Assembly (NCBI GenBank): GCA_913041945.1 | Contig: CAJWIT010000004.1 | Location: forward strand, 568-64,567 | Source of the DNA: an uncultured Fidelibacterota bacterium | Lineage (GTDB): Bacteria > Fidelibacterota > Marinisomatia > Marinisomatales > UBA8229 | Reading direction: 5' to 3' | Length of the DNA: 64,000 nucleotides | Shown here: positions 19,902 to 30,357 of the stretch, piece by piece | Position numbering within the stretch: the stretch's first letter is position 1 | Layout of the letters: each line of letters opens with the position of its first letter | Made by a program: the position numbers and the translations under genes | Notes under the pieces: generated by a model | Databases searched by the model: none | What the model was told of the DNA's origin: nothing | The model's input: only the letters and a program-made list of their open reading frames with translations

Positions 19902-22900
19902 TCAATTCTTTGTTATGCGTTGAATACCAACGGTGATTTCCTCATCCCTGACTTTAAATGTGGAATGGTACTCGCCATGTTTAAATTTATTATTCATGTT
20001 AACGGTCAGTGTCTCATTGTAAAAATACTCTTTGAACACTTCAAGAGCCTTTCCACATTTTCCTTCAATCTTTCCGAAAATCTCAATTCGGTCTTCTACC
20101 GCAAAGCTTGCTTCTTTACGCATGATCTGAACTTGCCTGATAAAATCCCGAATAATGCCTTCCTGAACCAATTCATCGTTCAATTCAGTCAACAAACCTA
20201 CAGTGACCCCTCCATCAATAGCCGATGTAAATCCTTCCGCTGATTTTGGCTCAATGAGAAGATCTTCACGGGAAAGAACGAAAGAATCAGAACCTGAAAC
20301 AACTTTCAATTCACCTCCGCTTTCCAACTCATGTAATATGTAATCACTACCTTTCACATTCATAAATTTACGAATAATTTGAAGGTTTTCCCCATATTTC
20401 TGACCAAGGATCTTTAAATTGGGCTTTACATGAAAATTGATCAACATTTCAGGACTATCAACCCTCTCAATTGACTTGACATTTAATTCATCCAGTACTA
20501 CAGACTTTTGATCAAGAATAAATTCAGCCGAATCATCACTCTTAACAACAAATTTTAAACCGGATAAAGGCTGGCGAATCTTGAGATTTGCCTTGTTTCG
20601 TGCCGATCTTCCCAGTTCAACCAACTTTTTCAAAGTATCCACACGACGCATCAAGCTTTCATCAATATAGTCATCATTTACAGCTGGATAATCACACAAA
20701 TGAACACTCTCCACTGCATTTTGATCTGCATTCTTTATCAGATTTTGGTATATTTCTTCAGTGATAAAGGGAACCATCGGTGCCAGTAGTTTTATTGTAC
20801 TGAAGAGAACATCATATAAAGTTTGGTATGCAGCCAATTTATCCTGATCATCCACACTTTTCCAGAACCGGCGACGGTTTCTCCTGATATACCAGTTGGA
20901 CAGATCTTCAAAAAATTGATCCATTTTTCGCATAAATCTATCAACCGTAAAATTGTCAAAAGTAGAATGTGCATCCTGGATTAACTGGTGTGTTTTTGAC
21001 CGGATCCAACGATCAAGGACGGTCAAATCTTTTTCTTTTATTTCCCTTACACCTGGATCAAATCCATCAACTGCAGCATAGGTGGCAAAGAAAGAGTAAG
21101 AATTCCAAAGTGTAATCAATTTTTTTCTAACATTATTAGCTAAACCATATCCAAAAAGGAGATTATGTTCAACTTTTTGGCTAATATACATCCAACGCAT
21201 CACATCAACACCCATTTCTTCCGCTGCATCATCAAACCAGATAGCATTCCCTGAAGACTTATGCATATCCTGTCCTTTTTCATCCTTTACCATAGCATGA
21301 CCCAAAAGCGATTTGAAAGGTGCTTTTCCTTCCATTGTAGTAGACATTGCCAAGAGAGAATAGAACCAGTTTCGAAATTGACCGGGAAAACATTCCGTTA
21401 TGAACTCCGCTGGGAACCACTGTTTCCAATAGTCCCTGTCGGTTGTGTATTTTATTGTAGAATAGGGAACGATACCTGCATCCAGCCAGGGATTCCCAAC
21501 ATCCTTAATTCGTGTACCAATAAGACCAGTTTCCGGGTGCCGGATTTTTACCTTATCGATCCAGGGACGGTGGGGACTATTACCATCAAATTCATCCCAT
21601 CCTTCAACAGCCAGCTCTTTTAATTCTTTTTTTGAACCTACCACAAAAAAGGAATCATCCTCAAAAATCCATATAGGCAGTGCTAACCCCCAGAACCGCT
21701 TCTTGGAAATCATCCAATCCCCCATATTATCCAGCCATTCCATTTCCCGGTCATGACCCCATTCAGGAATCCACTGGATGTCGCTTACAATTTTCTTGAT
21801 CTGATCCCGCCAGTCCATATTGATGTACCATTCATCCACAATCCGGAAAACCAGTTCATCACCTGAACGCCAGCAATGAGGGTATACATGGGGATATTGT
21901 TCAACATGAATGAGTAAATTTCGATTTTTCAAATCAGCAATAATTTTGTCTTTTGTGTGCTTTGCGGTGGCACACAGACCTGTCAACCAGCCGAACCCGT
22001 CGATAAACATGGATTCCTCATCTAAAGGTGCGATATCAACCAATCCCTGGTCTTTTCCAATTCGATTATCTATATCACCACATCCGGGGGCAATATGGAC
22101 AATACCTGTTCCTTCTCCGGCTACAACAACATCATTTCCAAAATTATCTTTCCCGCCATCAATCACTTTATGACAGGAAACACCATTAACTTTCTTCTGT
22201 TCAAGATCTGGTTTTGTAAACGGATATCCGCCAGGGATTGACTGAGCTTCCAAAGAATCGAAAGGACCTTCGTACTCCCAACCTATCATTTCAGACCCTT
22301 TCACAGAGCCTTCAATTGTGAACCCGCCATGTTCTTTAAAAATCTGGGCAACGGTTTTTAGCTTTGGTACACCCTCAATCCATTCTTTTTTCTCCTTAAA
22401 CTGTTTTTCAAGACGCTGATGTTCGAGGTTTTCCGCAGCACAATAATAGACTGATCCATCCACAGAACGAATAATCGAATAGTCTAAATCTCTGTTTACC
22501 GCTGCTGCCACATTAGAAGTAAGTGTCCAGGGAGTAGTCGTCCAAATAAGCAGATTTTCATTCTTCCTCCCTTTTAAAGGAAATCGAATGAAAATAGCAT
22601 CATGAGCCACCAATCTCCTTCCCTCAATGATTTCCATCTGAGAATATGAAGTACCAGAGCGGCCAGACCAGGGAACCACATCCGTTCCCATATAAATTTT
22701 ATTTTCTTCAAATAATTTTTTTAAAAATGCCCAAATGGTATAATTATTCTCATCGGACATAGTGTAGTAAGAATTGTTCCAATCCATCCAATAGCCCAAA
22801 CGAATGGATTGATCGGATTGAACCTTTGAATATTTTTCTACCCGTTCCTTACATTTGTTAACAAATTTTTCAATTCCGTACTTTTCCACATCCCGTTTTG

Positions 22901-23213
22901 TGGTAAAACCTAGTTCTTTTTCTACTTCAATTTCCACCCAGAGCCCTTGACAATCAAAACCGTTCTGGTAACGAAGTTCATGTCCTGTCATGGCCTTATA
23001 GCGCTGGAAAAGGTCTTTTAAAGTTCTTCCCCAAGCATGGTGCACACCCATCGGATTATTTGCTGTAATGGGACCATCCAAAAAACTCCACTTGGATTTC
23101 CCTTTGTTCATTTCCACCCTTTTATTAAAAACCTGGTTCTTTTTCCAGAAATCCAGGATTTTATGCTCCATGGAAACAAAATCTATGTTTGAATCAACCT
23201 TCTTGATTGGCAT
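19902..23213 (-). CDS. ileS: Isoleucine--tRNA ligase (long, type-2-like form)
   Basis: 1103 aa with the HIGH-type motif (PMGVHHAWG), KMSKS-type motif (DMHKSSGNAI) and an editing-domain region. Confidence 0.97.
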   Translation of the reverse strand: MPIKKVDSNIDFVSMEHKILDFWKKNQVFNKRVEMNKGKSKWSFLDGPITANNPMGVHHAWGRTLKDLFQRYKAMTGHELRYQNGFDCQGLWVEIEVEKELGFTTKRDVEKYGIEKFVNKCKERVEKYSKVQSDQSIRLGYWMDWNNSYYTMSDENNYTIWAFLKKLFEENKIYMGTDVVPWSGRSGTSYSQMEIIEGRRLVAHDAIFIRFPLKGRKNENLLIWTTTPWTLTSNVAAAVNRDLDYSIIRSVDGSVYYCAAENLEHQRLEKQFKEKKEWIEGVPKLKTVAQIFKEHGGFTIEGSVKGSEMIGWEYEGPFDSLEAQSIPGGYPFTKPDLEQKKVNGVSCHKVIDGGKDNFGNDVVVAGEGTGIVHIAPGCGDIDNRIGKDQGLVDIAPLDEESMFIDGFGWLTGLCATAKHTKDKIIADLKNRNLLIHVEQYPHVYPHCWRSGDELVFRIVDEWYINMDWRDQIKKIVSDIQWIPEWGHDREMEWLDNMGDWMISKKRFWGLALPIWIFEDDSFFVVGSKKELKELAVEGWDEFDGNSPHRPWIDKVKIRHPETGLIGTRIKDVGNPWLDAGIVPYSTIKYTTDRDYWKQWFPAEFITECFPGQFRNWFYSLLAMSTTMEGKAPFKSLLGHAMVKDEKGQDMHKSSGNAIWFDDAAEEMGVDVMRWMYISQKVEHNLLFGYGLANNVRKKLITLWNSYSFFATYAAVDGFDPGVREIKEKDLTVLDRWIRSKTHQLIQDAHSTFDNFTVDRFMRKMDQFFEDLSNWYIRRNRRRFWKSVDDQDKLAAYQTLYDVLFSTIKLLAPMVPFITEEIYQNLIKNADQNAVESVHLCDYPAVNDDYIDESLMRRVDTLKKLVELGRSARNKANLKIRQPLSGLKFVVKSDDSAEFILDQKSVVLDELNVKSIERVDSPEMLINFHVKPNLKILGQKYGENLQIIRKFMNVKGSDYILHELESGGELKVVSGSDSFVLSREDLLIEPKSAEGFTSAIDGGVTVGLLTELNDELVQEGIIRDFIRQVQIMRKEASFAVEDRIEIFGKIEGKCGKALEVFKEYFYNETLTVNMNNKFKHGEYHSTFKVRDEEITVGIQRITKN

Positions 23214-23421
23214 CGAATAAAACCGTTGAGTTTAGACTGAAATTTCGGTCAGGAATTTAAATGTAAAACAAGTGTATACCAACGACAACAGTTTGATATT
23301 AACACCAGAGACAAATAAATATGATGTGATAGAGATTAAATCAACGTCACATGGGGAAATGACGGTGGAAAAAACATACGGAAGTCAGATACCTGATGAG
23401 CATAATCCAATACTCAATTAT

Positions 23422-24816
23422 CTATTCTTGTACCTCCAAAGCAACAAAACGGGACACGTCATCCCGTTTGACTAACAAAAGAACTGAACCTTGGTTCTTT
23501 GCTTTTTTCAATTGAGATTTGAATTCCCGCTTTGATTTTATTTTTTCGGTTCCCACTCTCGTTATAAGATCACCTTCTTGAATCCCAGCATCAAATGCCT
23601 CACTATTAGGAATAATATTTATAACAACAACTCCCTGCTCCATGGATACACCGTATTTTTCTGCAAGTGTTTTGTTGACATCTTTAACTTCCAATCCGAA
23701 ATCACGATCATTCAATGGCATTGAAGCAATCGTTTTATCGTCAGATTTTTTTATCTCCTCTAAGGTAACATTAACTGACTTCTTTTTTTCATCCCGAAAG
23801 ATAATTACTTTACTTAGAGTGCCAGGAGGTGTTGAGGATACAATATTTTTCAGGTGGGCTGAGTTGTGAATCAGGACATCATTAAATTCCACAATGACAT
23901 CCCCTTGCTCCAACCCTGCTTTTTCTGCAGGGCTTTTTTCCACAACATCACTCACAAGTGCTCCATCACGATTGGACAGCTTTAATGCTTTGGCTACATT
24001 ATCATCTACATTTTGAATATACACCCCAAGCCAGGAACGGACCACATAGCCTTTCGTAATAAGATCCTGCATGACTTTCTTAGCCATATTAGACGGGATT
24101 GCAAACCCCACACCCCGATTTGCTTTTTCAAATCCTCCCGTGACTATGGCAGTATTAATGCCGACAAGTTCACCCTCCATGTTGAGCAAAGCACCACCAC
24201 TATTTCCAGGATTGATTGCTGCATCAGTCTGAATAAAATCTTCATAATGATCCCGTGAAGAAATCACATTACTTCGCCCCAAAGCGCTCACAATTCCTGC
24301 AGTTACGGTATGACTAAGATTTGCTGAAAATGGACTCCCCACAGCAAGCACCCAATCTCCCACCCGCAATTTATCTGAATTTCCCAACTCTAGTTCAGAG
24401 AGATTATCTGCTTCGATCTGCAATACTGCCAAATCGGACTTAGGATCAGTACCAACAACAGTTGCTGAAATGACCCGTTTATCCATCAATTTAATCTTGA
24501 TCTCGTCTGCTTTATCAACCACATGGTTGTTCGTAAGAATGTAACCCTTTTCCGCTTCTACAATCACCCCGGATCCAAGTGCCTGTCCATGATATTCACG
24601 GGGTAAATCTCTTGGAAAAAAGAAAGGGTTATCAAACGGCAATCCCTGATGAAAATCCTCCATTTTATATTCCGTTTCAGTGATGATTGTCACCACAGCT
24701 GGATTTGCTTTTTCGGCAACATCTGCAAAAGCTTGACTAAACTGCTTTAATACAGAATTCTGAGCAAAAGTCAGGGATGTTATGATAACTATAATCCCAA
24801 AAACAATTTTTCGCAT
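23422..24816 (-). CDS. htrA: Periplasmic serine endoprotease DegP/HtrA (Do family), two PDZ domains
   Basis: Catalytic TNNHV, D..AVLQI, GNSGGAL. The start is set at ATG 24816 (MRKIVFGIIV...), preceded by AGGAG at 7 nt. The track ORF extends 19 codons further upstream. Confidence 0.9.
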   Translation of the reverse strand: MRKIVFGIIVIITSLTFAQNSVLKQFSQAFADVAEKANPAVVTIITETEYKMEDFHQGLPFDNPFFFPRDLPREYHGQALGSGVIVEAEKGYILTNNHVVDKADEIKIKLMDKRVISATVVGTDPKSDLAVLQIEADNLSELELGNSDKLRVGDWVLAVGSPFSANLSHTVTAGIVSALGRSNVISSRDHYEDFIQTDAAINPGNSGGALLNMEGELVGINTAIVTGGFEKANRGVGFAIPSNMAKKVMQDLITKGYVVRSWLGVYIQNVDDNVAKALKLSNRDGALVSDVVEKSPAEKAGLEQGDVIVEFNDVLIHNSAHLKNIVSSTPPGTLSKVIIFRDEKKKSVNVTLEEIKKSDDKTIASMPLNDRDFGLEVKDVNKTLAEKYGVSMEQGVVVINIIPNSEAFDAGIQEGDLITRVGTEKIKSKREFKSQLKKAKNQGSVLLLVKRDDVSRFVALEVQE

Positions 24817-24895
24817 GTTATTCTCCTGAATTTTTGTTGATTGTATGAATAAAAAAGAAAAAAGTTTCAACAAAACTCACCATCTGGATTATTGA

Positions 24896-27841
24896 TTAAA
24901 TCCCTTTGCTAAAACTGAACACTATCCGGGAAAAATCTATGGATTCTTCCTCCTTAGGTGTGCTCAGCCAGAATGGAGAGTCAATTCGAATGTATAGTGA
25001 CTTTCCGAAAATATTTTTTCCCAACCGAATTCCCAAACCAGCATCTGCCAGGAAATCTCCATCAAATCCGTTATCCCCCTGTATTAATTCACTTCCCCAG
25101 AGATATCCGGCATCAACAAAACCGGCGAACGTAAAATTAATTCCAAGCAACGATTGGGAATAATACACCTCCGCTGTATTGCTAATTATTGATTCCGTCC
25201 CGGCATATCCCTTTCCGACATATCCTCTCAAGTTTGCGTCTCCTGCAAGATGATAATGCGACCGTAACTCGGGTATCCCATAAAAACTGGACTCATCCCG
25301 TAAATATGGTTTGGAAAACACATCACCAGATCCGGCACCTTCAATTGTATATCTTTCCTGAGTGGGTACTCCTTCTTCATCAGACCAAATTTTTCCAACT
25401 GTCATCCGGTCAAGTATGCCGAATCTCTTCACAGAAATATCAGCATTCATTGTCACTGTGATTCGACTGAAGGACCAATCAGAGACACCTACCGGTGCCG
25501 TAGTCATTTCCAGTTCCGCTGATTGTGATCCAACCTGGATTTTATATCGTCCAAACACCCCTCGCACAACACCCGGATCAAATAAATCCGTTCGGGAAAT
25601 ATCCTTTGCATTTGATTCATACAATCCCAATGTCCAATTATGGAATGGCGGAATGGAATATCTTTTATTCCATCGACCATGAACGCGAACTGTGAATTGG
25701 CCTAGCGCAATTTGATCATATCCATATACATCCCACCACATTCCGGAAGTGGAATGAACCGGTTTTCTCCACAAAAAAACAGACCAGGATAGTTTCTGTG
25801 ATTCCAGACCATAGTTCAGTTTCAAGTCGGTTCCCTCCCAGGGACCATATTCACGGGATACATGTAATCCGGGCATATACCCATCTAATTCATGATAATA
25901 CAAAAGCGGTGACCAGCGAACAACATAGGCATCCCGCGGTTTGTAGGACATCCCCGGCCAATGAAACATCCATTCATGTTTCAGCAAACCAGTTTGATTA
26001 TTCCTGCGGTCCAGATCGATTGTCTGCCCGTCCGGATCCAAAATTATTTTCTCAGGTTTGTATGGCACGGTAAATACAAACCTGTCATTAAATCTCCAAA
26101 GATAGTTTTTATACCATGTTTCATGGATTTCTCCGTTTTTTAAAACCGAATGGATTTTCACCGGAAGAAATCTGTCTCCCCTCTGGCGGATATCCAACGA
26201 CACTTCCCAATTTCCACTTTCCAACTGCTTTTTCTTCCATCCGGTAACAGCGTAATCCAAAAGAGCAGTATCATGAAGCCACGCGTTAAAAAACCAACCT
26301 AAGTCTTGCCCTGATACTTCTTCGACTGTGGTAATAAATTTTTCTTCGTTGACATGTTGTAAATTCCACCGGGAAAAGTATGTCTTCATTGCTTTCTGGA
26401 ACAGTGAATCACCGAGGATATATTTTAATTCAACCAGCATCAGGGAAGGTTTTGTATACGCATTTTGCCGGTAGGATGACCCGCTGTTAAACAGGAAGGA
26501 TGACCGGCTGATCGGCTCATCAAATCCGCTTGTCATAAATCTGATAGCACTCCACTGTGCACCGTCCAATTGTGAAGCATACCGCCACCAGTTTTTTTGA
26601 TAGTTTTTATAGTAAGATAAACTGAAATCATGACCAGTCGGAGGATACCGGTTTCCCAAATACCAGCGTGTCTGAAAGGTGGTAAATCCTTCGTCCAGCC
26701 ATGCTTCGTCCACTTCGTTATTTGCCAGTATCCCATAAAACCATATGTGACCAATTTCGTGGACGATAAGCCCTTCTGAATCACGGCCGTTCATGACCAG
26801 CATGGGATATTCCATTCCACCGCCTTTAATCCTGTCCGTCGTTGTCACCTGCGGATATGGATACATGCCGAATTTACTCGATAACCATTCCAATGCACGT
26901 TCGGATCGTTCACGTACAACTTTCGTCCATTTTTTCCCGTTGCTTTCATTGTACAATACATGAACGTCAATCCCATTCCATGAACCGTGTTCATACAGAA
27001 ATGTTGGAGATGCAATCCATGCAAAATCATGAACTTTTTCCGCATGGAATGAGACAACCCTGTGTGCAGATGAATCGGGTTCAGTTTTATTTTTTTGGAA
27101 TTCTTTCAACCATTCATCAAATTTCTGCGATGTATCTACTTCTACTGATCCCCAACCTGGATCTCCCGATATTACAACTCCAGTCGCACCTACGATATAT
27201 TTTTCAGGAAGATCAAGTGTCACATCAAACGTGCCGAATTCTCCATAAAATTCTCCTTCAGCATGAAATGGATCATTATGCCATCCATTTTCGTCGTACA
27301 CAACTAATTTGGGGTACCATTGCGCTGAATTGTACTGGTCGCCAACATACCCGGCACGTTCGATTTGTTCACCAACGTGATGAGTCCATTCAATTTCAAT
27401 GATTAGTGAATCATCTGAAGAAAAAGATTTCGGAAGCACTACTTCCAAAATGGTATCTTCGATTTCAAACGATTCAGAAAAATGGTTCCCTCCCATGGAA
27501 ATCTTAAAACTATGAATTGAAATATCAGATTCATATGGCGTAATATCTTTCAACATTGAACCAATCCGGCCTAACCTGCCATATTTCTGTTGATATTCAC
27601 GGTATTTTACGGATCCCTCCTGGAATGCATTCGGATAAAGATGCATATAAATTTGATCTAAACTATCAGGAGAATTGTTTACATAAACAATATGTGATGT
27701 TCCTTTTATTTCATGAGTTTCCGGTATGAGTGTTACATTCATAGTGTAGTGAACATCCTGCTGCCAGTAACCTGCATCAAACGCCAATAAAAAATGGAAT
27801 AATATCCCAAAGATAATACAGGTTTGAAAAAAATATTTCAA
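24896..27841 (-). CDS. M1-family zinc metallopeptidase with a long C-terminal Omp85/surface-antigen-like region
   Basis: 981 aa with a TTG start and a signal sequence. HEIGH at aa 361-365 and E384 form HExxH-x18-E (WLDEGF). The C-terminal ~360 aa carry LAGDANLRGY, FVDAGYLW and AGLGIRL...LYIRIDSPF motifs. Confidence 0.85.
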   Translation of the reverse strand: MKYFFQTCIIFGILFHFLLAFDAGYWQQDVHYTMNVTLIPETHEIKGTSHIVYVNNSPDSLDQIYMHLYPNAFQEGSVKYREYQQKYGRLGRIGSMLKDITPYESDISIHSFKISMGGNHFSESFEIEDTILEVVLPKSFSSDDSLIIEIEWTHHVGEQIERAGYVGDQYNSAQWYPKLVVYDENGWHNDPFHAEGEFYGEFGTFDVTLDLPEKYIVGATGVVISGDPGWGSVEVDTSQKFDEWLKEFQKNKTEPDSSAHRVVSFHAEKVHDFAWIASPTFLYEHGSWNGIDVHVLYNESNGKKWTKVVRERSERALEWLSSKFGMYPYPQVTTTDRIKGGGMEYPMLVMNGRDSEGLIVHEIGHIWFYGILANNEVDEAWLDEGFTTFQTRWYLGNRYPPTGHDFSLSYYKNYQKNWWRYASQLDGAQWSAIRFMTSGFDEPISRSSFLFNSGSSYRQNAYTKPSLMLVELKYILGDSLFQKAMKTYFSRWNLQHVNEEKFITTVEEVSGQDLGWFFNAWLHDTALLDYAVTGWKKKQLESGNWEVSLDIRQRGDRFLPVKIHSVLKNGEIHETWYKNYLWRFNDRFVFTVPYKPEKIILDPDGQTIDLDRRNNQTGLLKHEWMFHWPGMSYKPRDAYVVRWSPLLYYHELDGYMPGLHVSREYGPWEGTDLKLNYGLESQKLSWSVFLWRKPVHSTSGMWWDVYGYDQIALGQFTVRVHGRWNKRYSIPPFHNWTLGLYESNAKDISRTDLFDPGVVRGVFGRYKIQVGSQSAELEMTTAPVGVSDWSFSRITVTMNADISVKRFGILDRMTVGKIWSDEEGVPTQERYTIEGAGSGDVFSKPYLRDESSFYGIPELRSHYHLAGDANLRGYVGKGYAGTESIISNTAEVYYSQSLLGINFTFAGFVDAGYLWGSELIQGDNGFDGDFLADAGLGIRLGKNIFGKSLYIRIDSPFWLSTPKEEESIDFSRIVFSFSKGI

Positions 27842-27878
27842 ATGAGTTGTGGTAATCGTATAGATTGAAGCTACCGGA

Positions 27879-28481
27879 TCAGATATATGGTTTTAGGTCG
27901 CGATACAGTATTTCTTCAGATTGAGGTCCAATATACATTTTTACAATATATCCGTCCCGATCAATGATAAAGGTTGTAGGAACACCGGTAATGGGTCTGC
28001 CTGTTGCCTGTCCGTATTGTAGAGTAACCAACTGAGTCTCCTGCCCCTGAATGTCGGTTAGGACGGTGTAATTCATTTCCCAGTTTTCGGCAAAGTTGGC
28101 AATAACATCCGGGGTACCGGAATCAATGGTGACACCGAGGATTTCTAAGCCATCATCGTGATATTTGTCGTGAAGCTTGATAAAATCAGGAATTTCCATT
28201 TTACAAGGGAAGCACCATGTAGCCCAGAAGTTGAGGATTATCACTTTCCCCCTGAATTCATTTAAGGAAATAATTTTACCATTAATTGTTTGTAGGGTAA
28301 AATCCGGGGCTAAAACGGAATTAACAGGACGTGTCGCTGGCTTTTTCTGTTCCTGCTTTTCCGAAGCAACAGGATCGTTTATAATTTTTTGTTTGTCTTT
28401 CTTTTGTGCACATCCGACAGTAAATATCACCAGCATCAGCATAAACAGCCTTATGAATGATCTCATCGTTATCCTCAACAT
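27879..28481 (-). CDS. TlpA/ResA-family thiol-disulfide oxidoreductase (lipoprotein)
   Basis: 200 aa with signal ...FTVGC and the thioredoxin-fold active site WATWCFPCKMEIP. Confidence 0.85.
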   Translation of the reverse strand: MLRITMRSFIRLFMLMLVIFTVGCAQKKDKQKIINDPVASEKQEQKKPATRPVNSVLAPDFTLQTINGKIISLNEFRGKVIILNFWATWCFPCKMEIPDFIKLHDKYHDDGLEILGVTIDSGTPDVIANFAENWEMNYTVLTDIQGQETQLVTLQYGQATGRPITGVPTTFIIDRDGYIVKMYIGPQSEEILYRDLKPYI

Positions 28482-30271
28482 TAATTCACGGCTTCTTTCA
28501 TTTTAGTCAGAAATTCCTCCGCTTCAATAAAACCAAAGAACCGAAGATGTTTCATCTCTTCACCATTCTCACCAATAAATACAATGGTTGGAACACCTTT
28601 TACCCCAAAATCCATTTTCAAATCTTTGGTTAATTGATCACTGCCGTGAGTCAAATCAACTTTTAACACAACAAATTCCTTGGACAGCTCAACAACTTCT
28701 TCATCGGTAAAAGTGTTGTGATCTAATTCCTTGCACGGAATACACCAGTCAGCATAAAAGTCTAAAATTACCGGATTGCCATCTGTTTTGGCTTGCGCTA
28801 GCAGTTTATAATCAAAGGTCTCCCAATTTATTTCCTGGTGCTCCTTCTCAGGGACTGTAAGCCAAACTGCGAAGAGTAGAGATGCTATACCTACCAGCCA
28901 ACGAAATACGGAGAACAGCTTGCCGCCAGTGGATTTTTCGATCCATCCCAGATAAACACCACCAACAATTAAAAGAACTGCCAAGACATATTGATAGATC
29001 CTAGCCGGAATCAGAGCCTCCAGGAAGTAAACAGCCATCCCAATAAGGATTACACCAAACAGTTTTCTGACCCAAACCATCCAGACACCGGAGCGCGGCA
29101 TGCCTGAAATCATTCCTGAAAAAGTCCCCAAAATTAGAAAAGGAACACCCAATCCAAGCGCTAACGTGAAGAAAAGCCAGAAACCGAGGAAAGGATTGCC
29201 CTGTTCGCCAACAAATATGAGCAGACTCAACACAAATGGACCGATACAAGGCGCGGCTATTATCCCAACCGTCAGCCCCATGAATAAGGCACCGAATATA
29301 CCCTGACGGGATTTCCCTCCAACCGAAGTCAGCGACTGAGGAACCCTGATTTCATAAAGCCCGAACATGCTTAATGATAAAGCGACAAGCACCAAGGAAA
29401 TGAATATCAACACCAGCGGATTCTGTAAAGCACTGCCCAGCATCGAACCCGTGCTGGCTGCTACTACGCCTAGAACAGAATATGTTAAAGCCATTCCGAG
29501 TACATAAAAAAGTGCCAGGACAAACGACTTGGAGATTTTTCCCGTGGACTGATTTGCAAAATAACTCACCGTAATCGGAATTAACGGGTACACACAAGGC
29601 GTCAGGTTAAGCGCCAGGCCCCCAAAAAACACAAGAATAAAGGTGATAAACATTCCTTTGCTCTGAATCCATCCTCCAATGGTACCGTCTTCATCGTTTT
29701 CCTCAACAGTTTTTTCATCATGAAATAAATCCTGATTAATCTCAGTAACAGCTTCACGTGCATTCACTACATCAATGTTAAAATTCCATGGAATTTCTAT
29801 CGGTGGAAGACATATGCGGTCATTACAAGCCTGATAATAGATTGAACCGCTTACAATCACTTCGCCAATAGGAAGATCATCAGCAAATGTCAGTGACGTT
29901 ATAATGTTGATCTTACCTTCAAAAACCGGGAGTGCATCTTCAGAAAATGGAAACTGTTTTCTCTCAAATTCAGGAAAAATGGAGCCCCTTGCAGTTACAC
30001 CCTCTAGAGAATCAATAAAAATTTCTGTCGGGATTGCAAATTCACTGTCAACCTGGTTGGCATTGATATGCCATCCTTCCTTGATTTCAGTAACCAGAGC
30101 AAATTTTACTTCCTCAATACGGTGGACCCTGTCCTGAGAAAGAAAAACATCCACTGATACAACATCTTTGGGGGAAATAAAGTCCGCCTGTCCCCAGCCT
30201 GTTGACAAAAAAAGAACGGACAACAGCACGATTAAAGGATTGATTCTTTTCCTGTTGGACTTGACTAACAC
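28481..30271 (-). CDS. dsbD: Thiol:disulfide interchange protein DsbD-like (N-terminal periplasmic domain, CcdA-type membrane core, C-terminal thioredoxin)
   Basis: 596 aa. The membrane core has LTPCVYPLIP and APCIGPF motifs. C-terminal YADWCIPCKELD. Confidence 0.85.
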   Translation of the reverse strand: MLVKSNRKRINPLIVLLSVLFLSTGWGQADFISPKDVVSVDVFLSQDRVHRIEEVKFALVTEIKEGWHINANQVDSEFAIPTEIFIDSLEGVTARGSIFPEFERKQFPFSEDALPVFEGKINIITSLTFADDLPIGEVIVSGSIYYQACNDRICLPPIEIPWNFNIDVVNAREAVTEINQDLFHDEKTVEENDEDGTIGGWIQSKGMFITFILVFFGGLALNLTPCVYPLIPITVSYFANQSTGKISKSFVLALFYVLGMALTYSVLGVVAASTGSMLGSALQNPLVLIFISLVLVALSLSMFGLYEIRVPQSLTSVGGKSRQGIFGALFMGLTVGIIAAPCIGPFVLSLLIFVGEQGNPFLGFWLFFTLALGLGVPFLILGTFSGMISGMPRSGVWMVWVRKLFGVILIGMAVYFLEALIPARIYQYVLAVLLIVGGVYLGWIEKSTGGKLFSVFRWLVGIASLLFAVWLTVPEKEHQEINWETFDYKLLAQAKTDGNPVILDFYADWCIPCKELDHNTFTDEEVVELSKEFVVLKVDLTHGSDQLTKDLKMDFGVKGVPTIVFIGENGEEMKHLRFFGFIEAEEFLTKMKEAVN

Positions 30272-30357
30272 AGTTTTTTGTATTTCCCTTTTTCCTTGCT
30301 TTGAATAATTGCGATTAACAGTATTAATCCATCATTATTGTAATGTTTTGATGAAAA

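Noticed and set aside
23272-23475. 67-aa plus-strand ORF in the ileS-htrA intergenic region
   Set aside because: It overlaps the htrA 3' end, has no Shine-Dalgarno and no recognisable motif. More likely this is the untranslated ileS upstream region.
26842-27402. 186-aa plus-strand ORF, plus similar antisense ORFs (e.g. 2023-2397, 5313-5681, 19836-20243, 21261-21623, 47187-47579)
   Set aside because: All lie wholly inside strongly supported genes on the opposite strand and show no recognisable motifs. I treat them as spurious.
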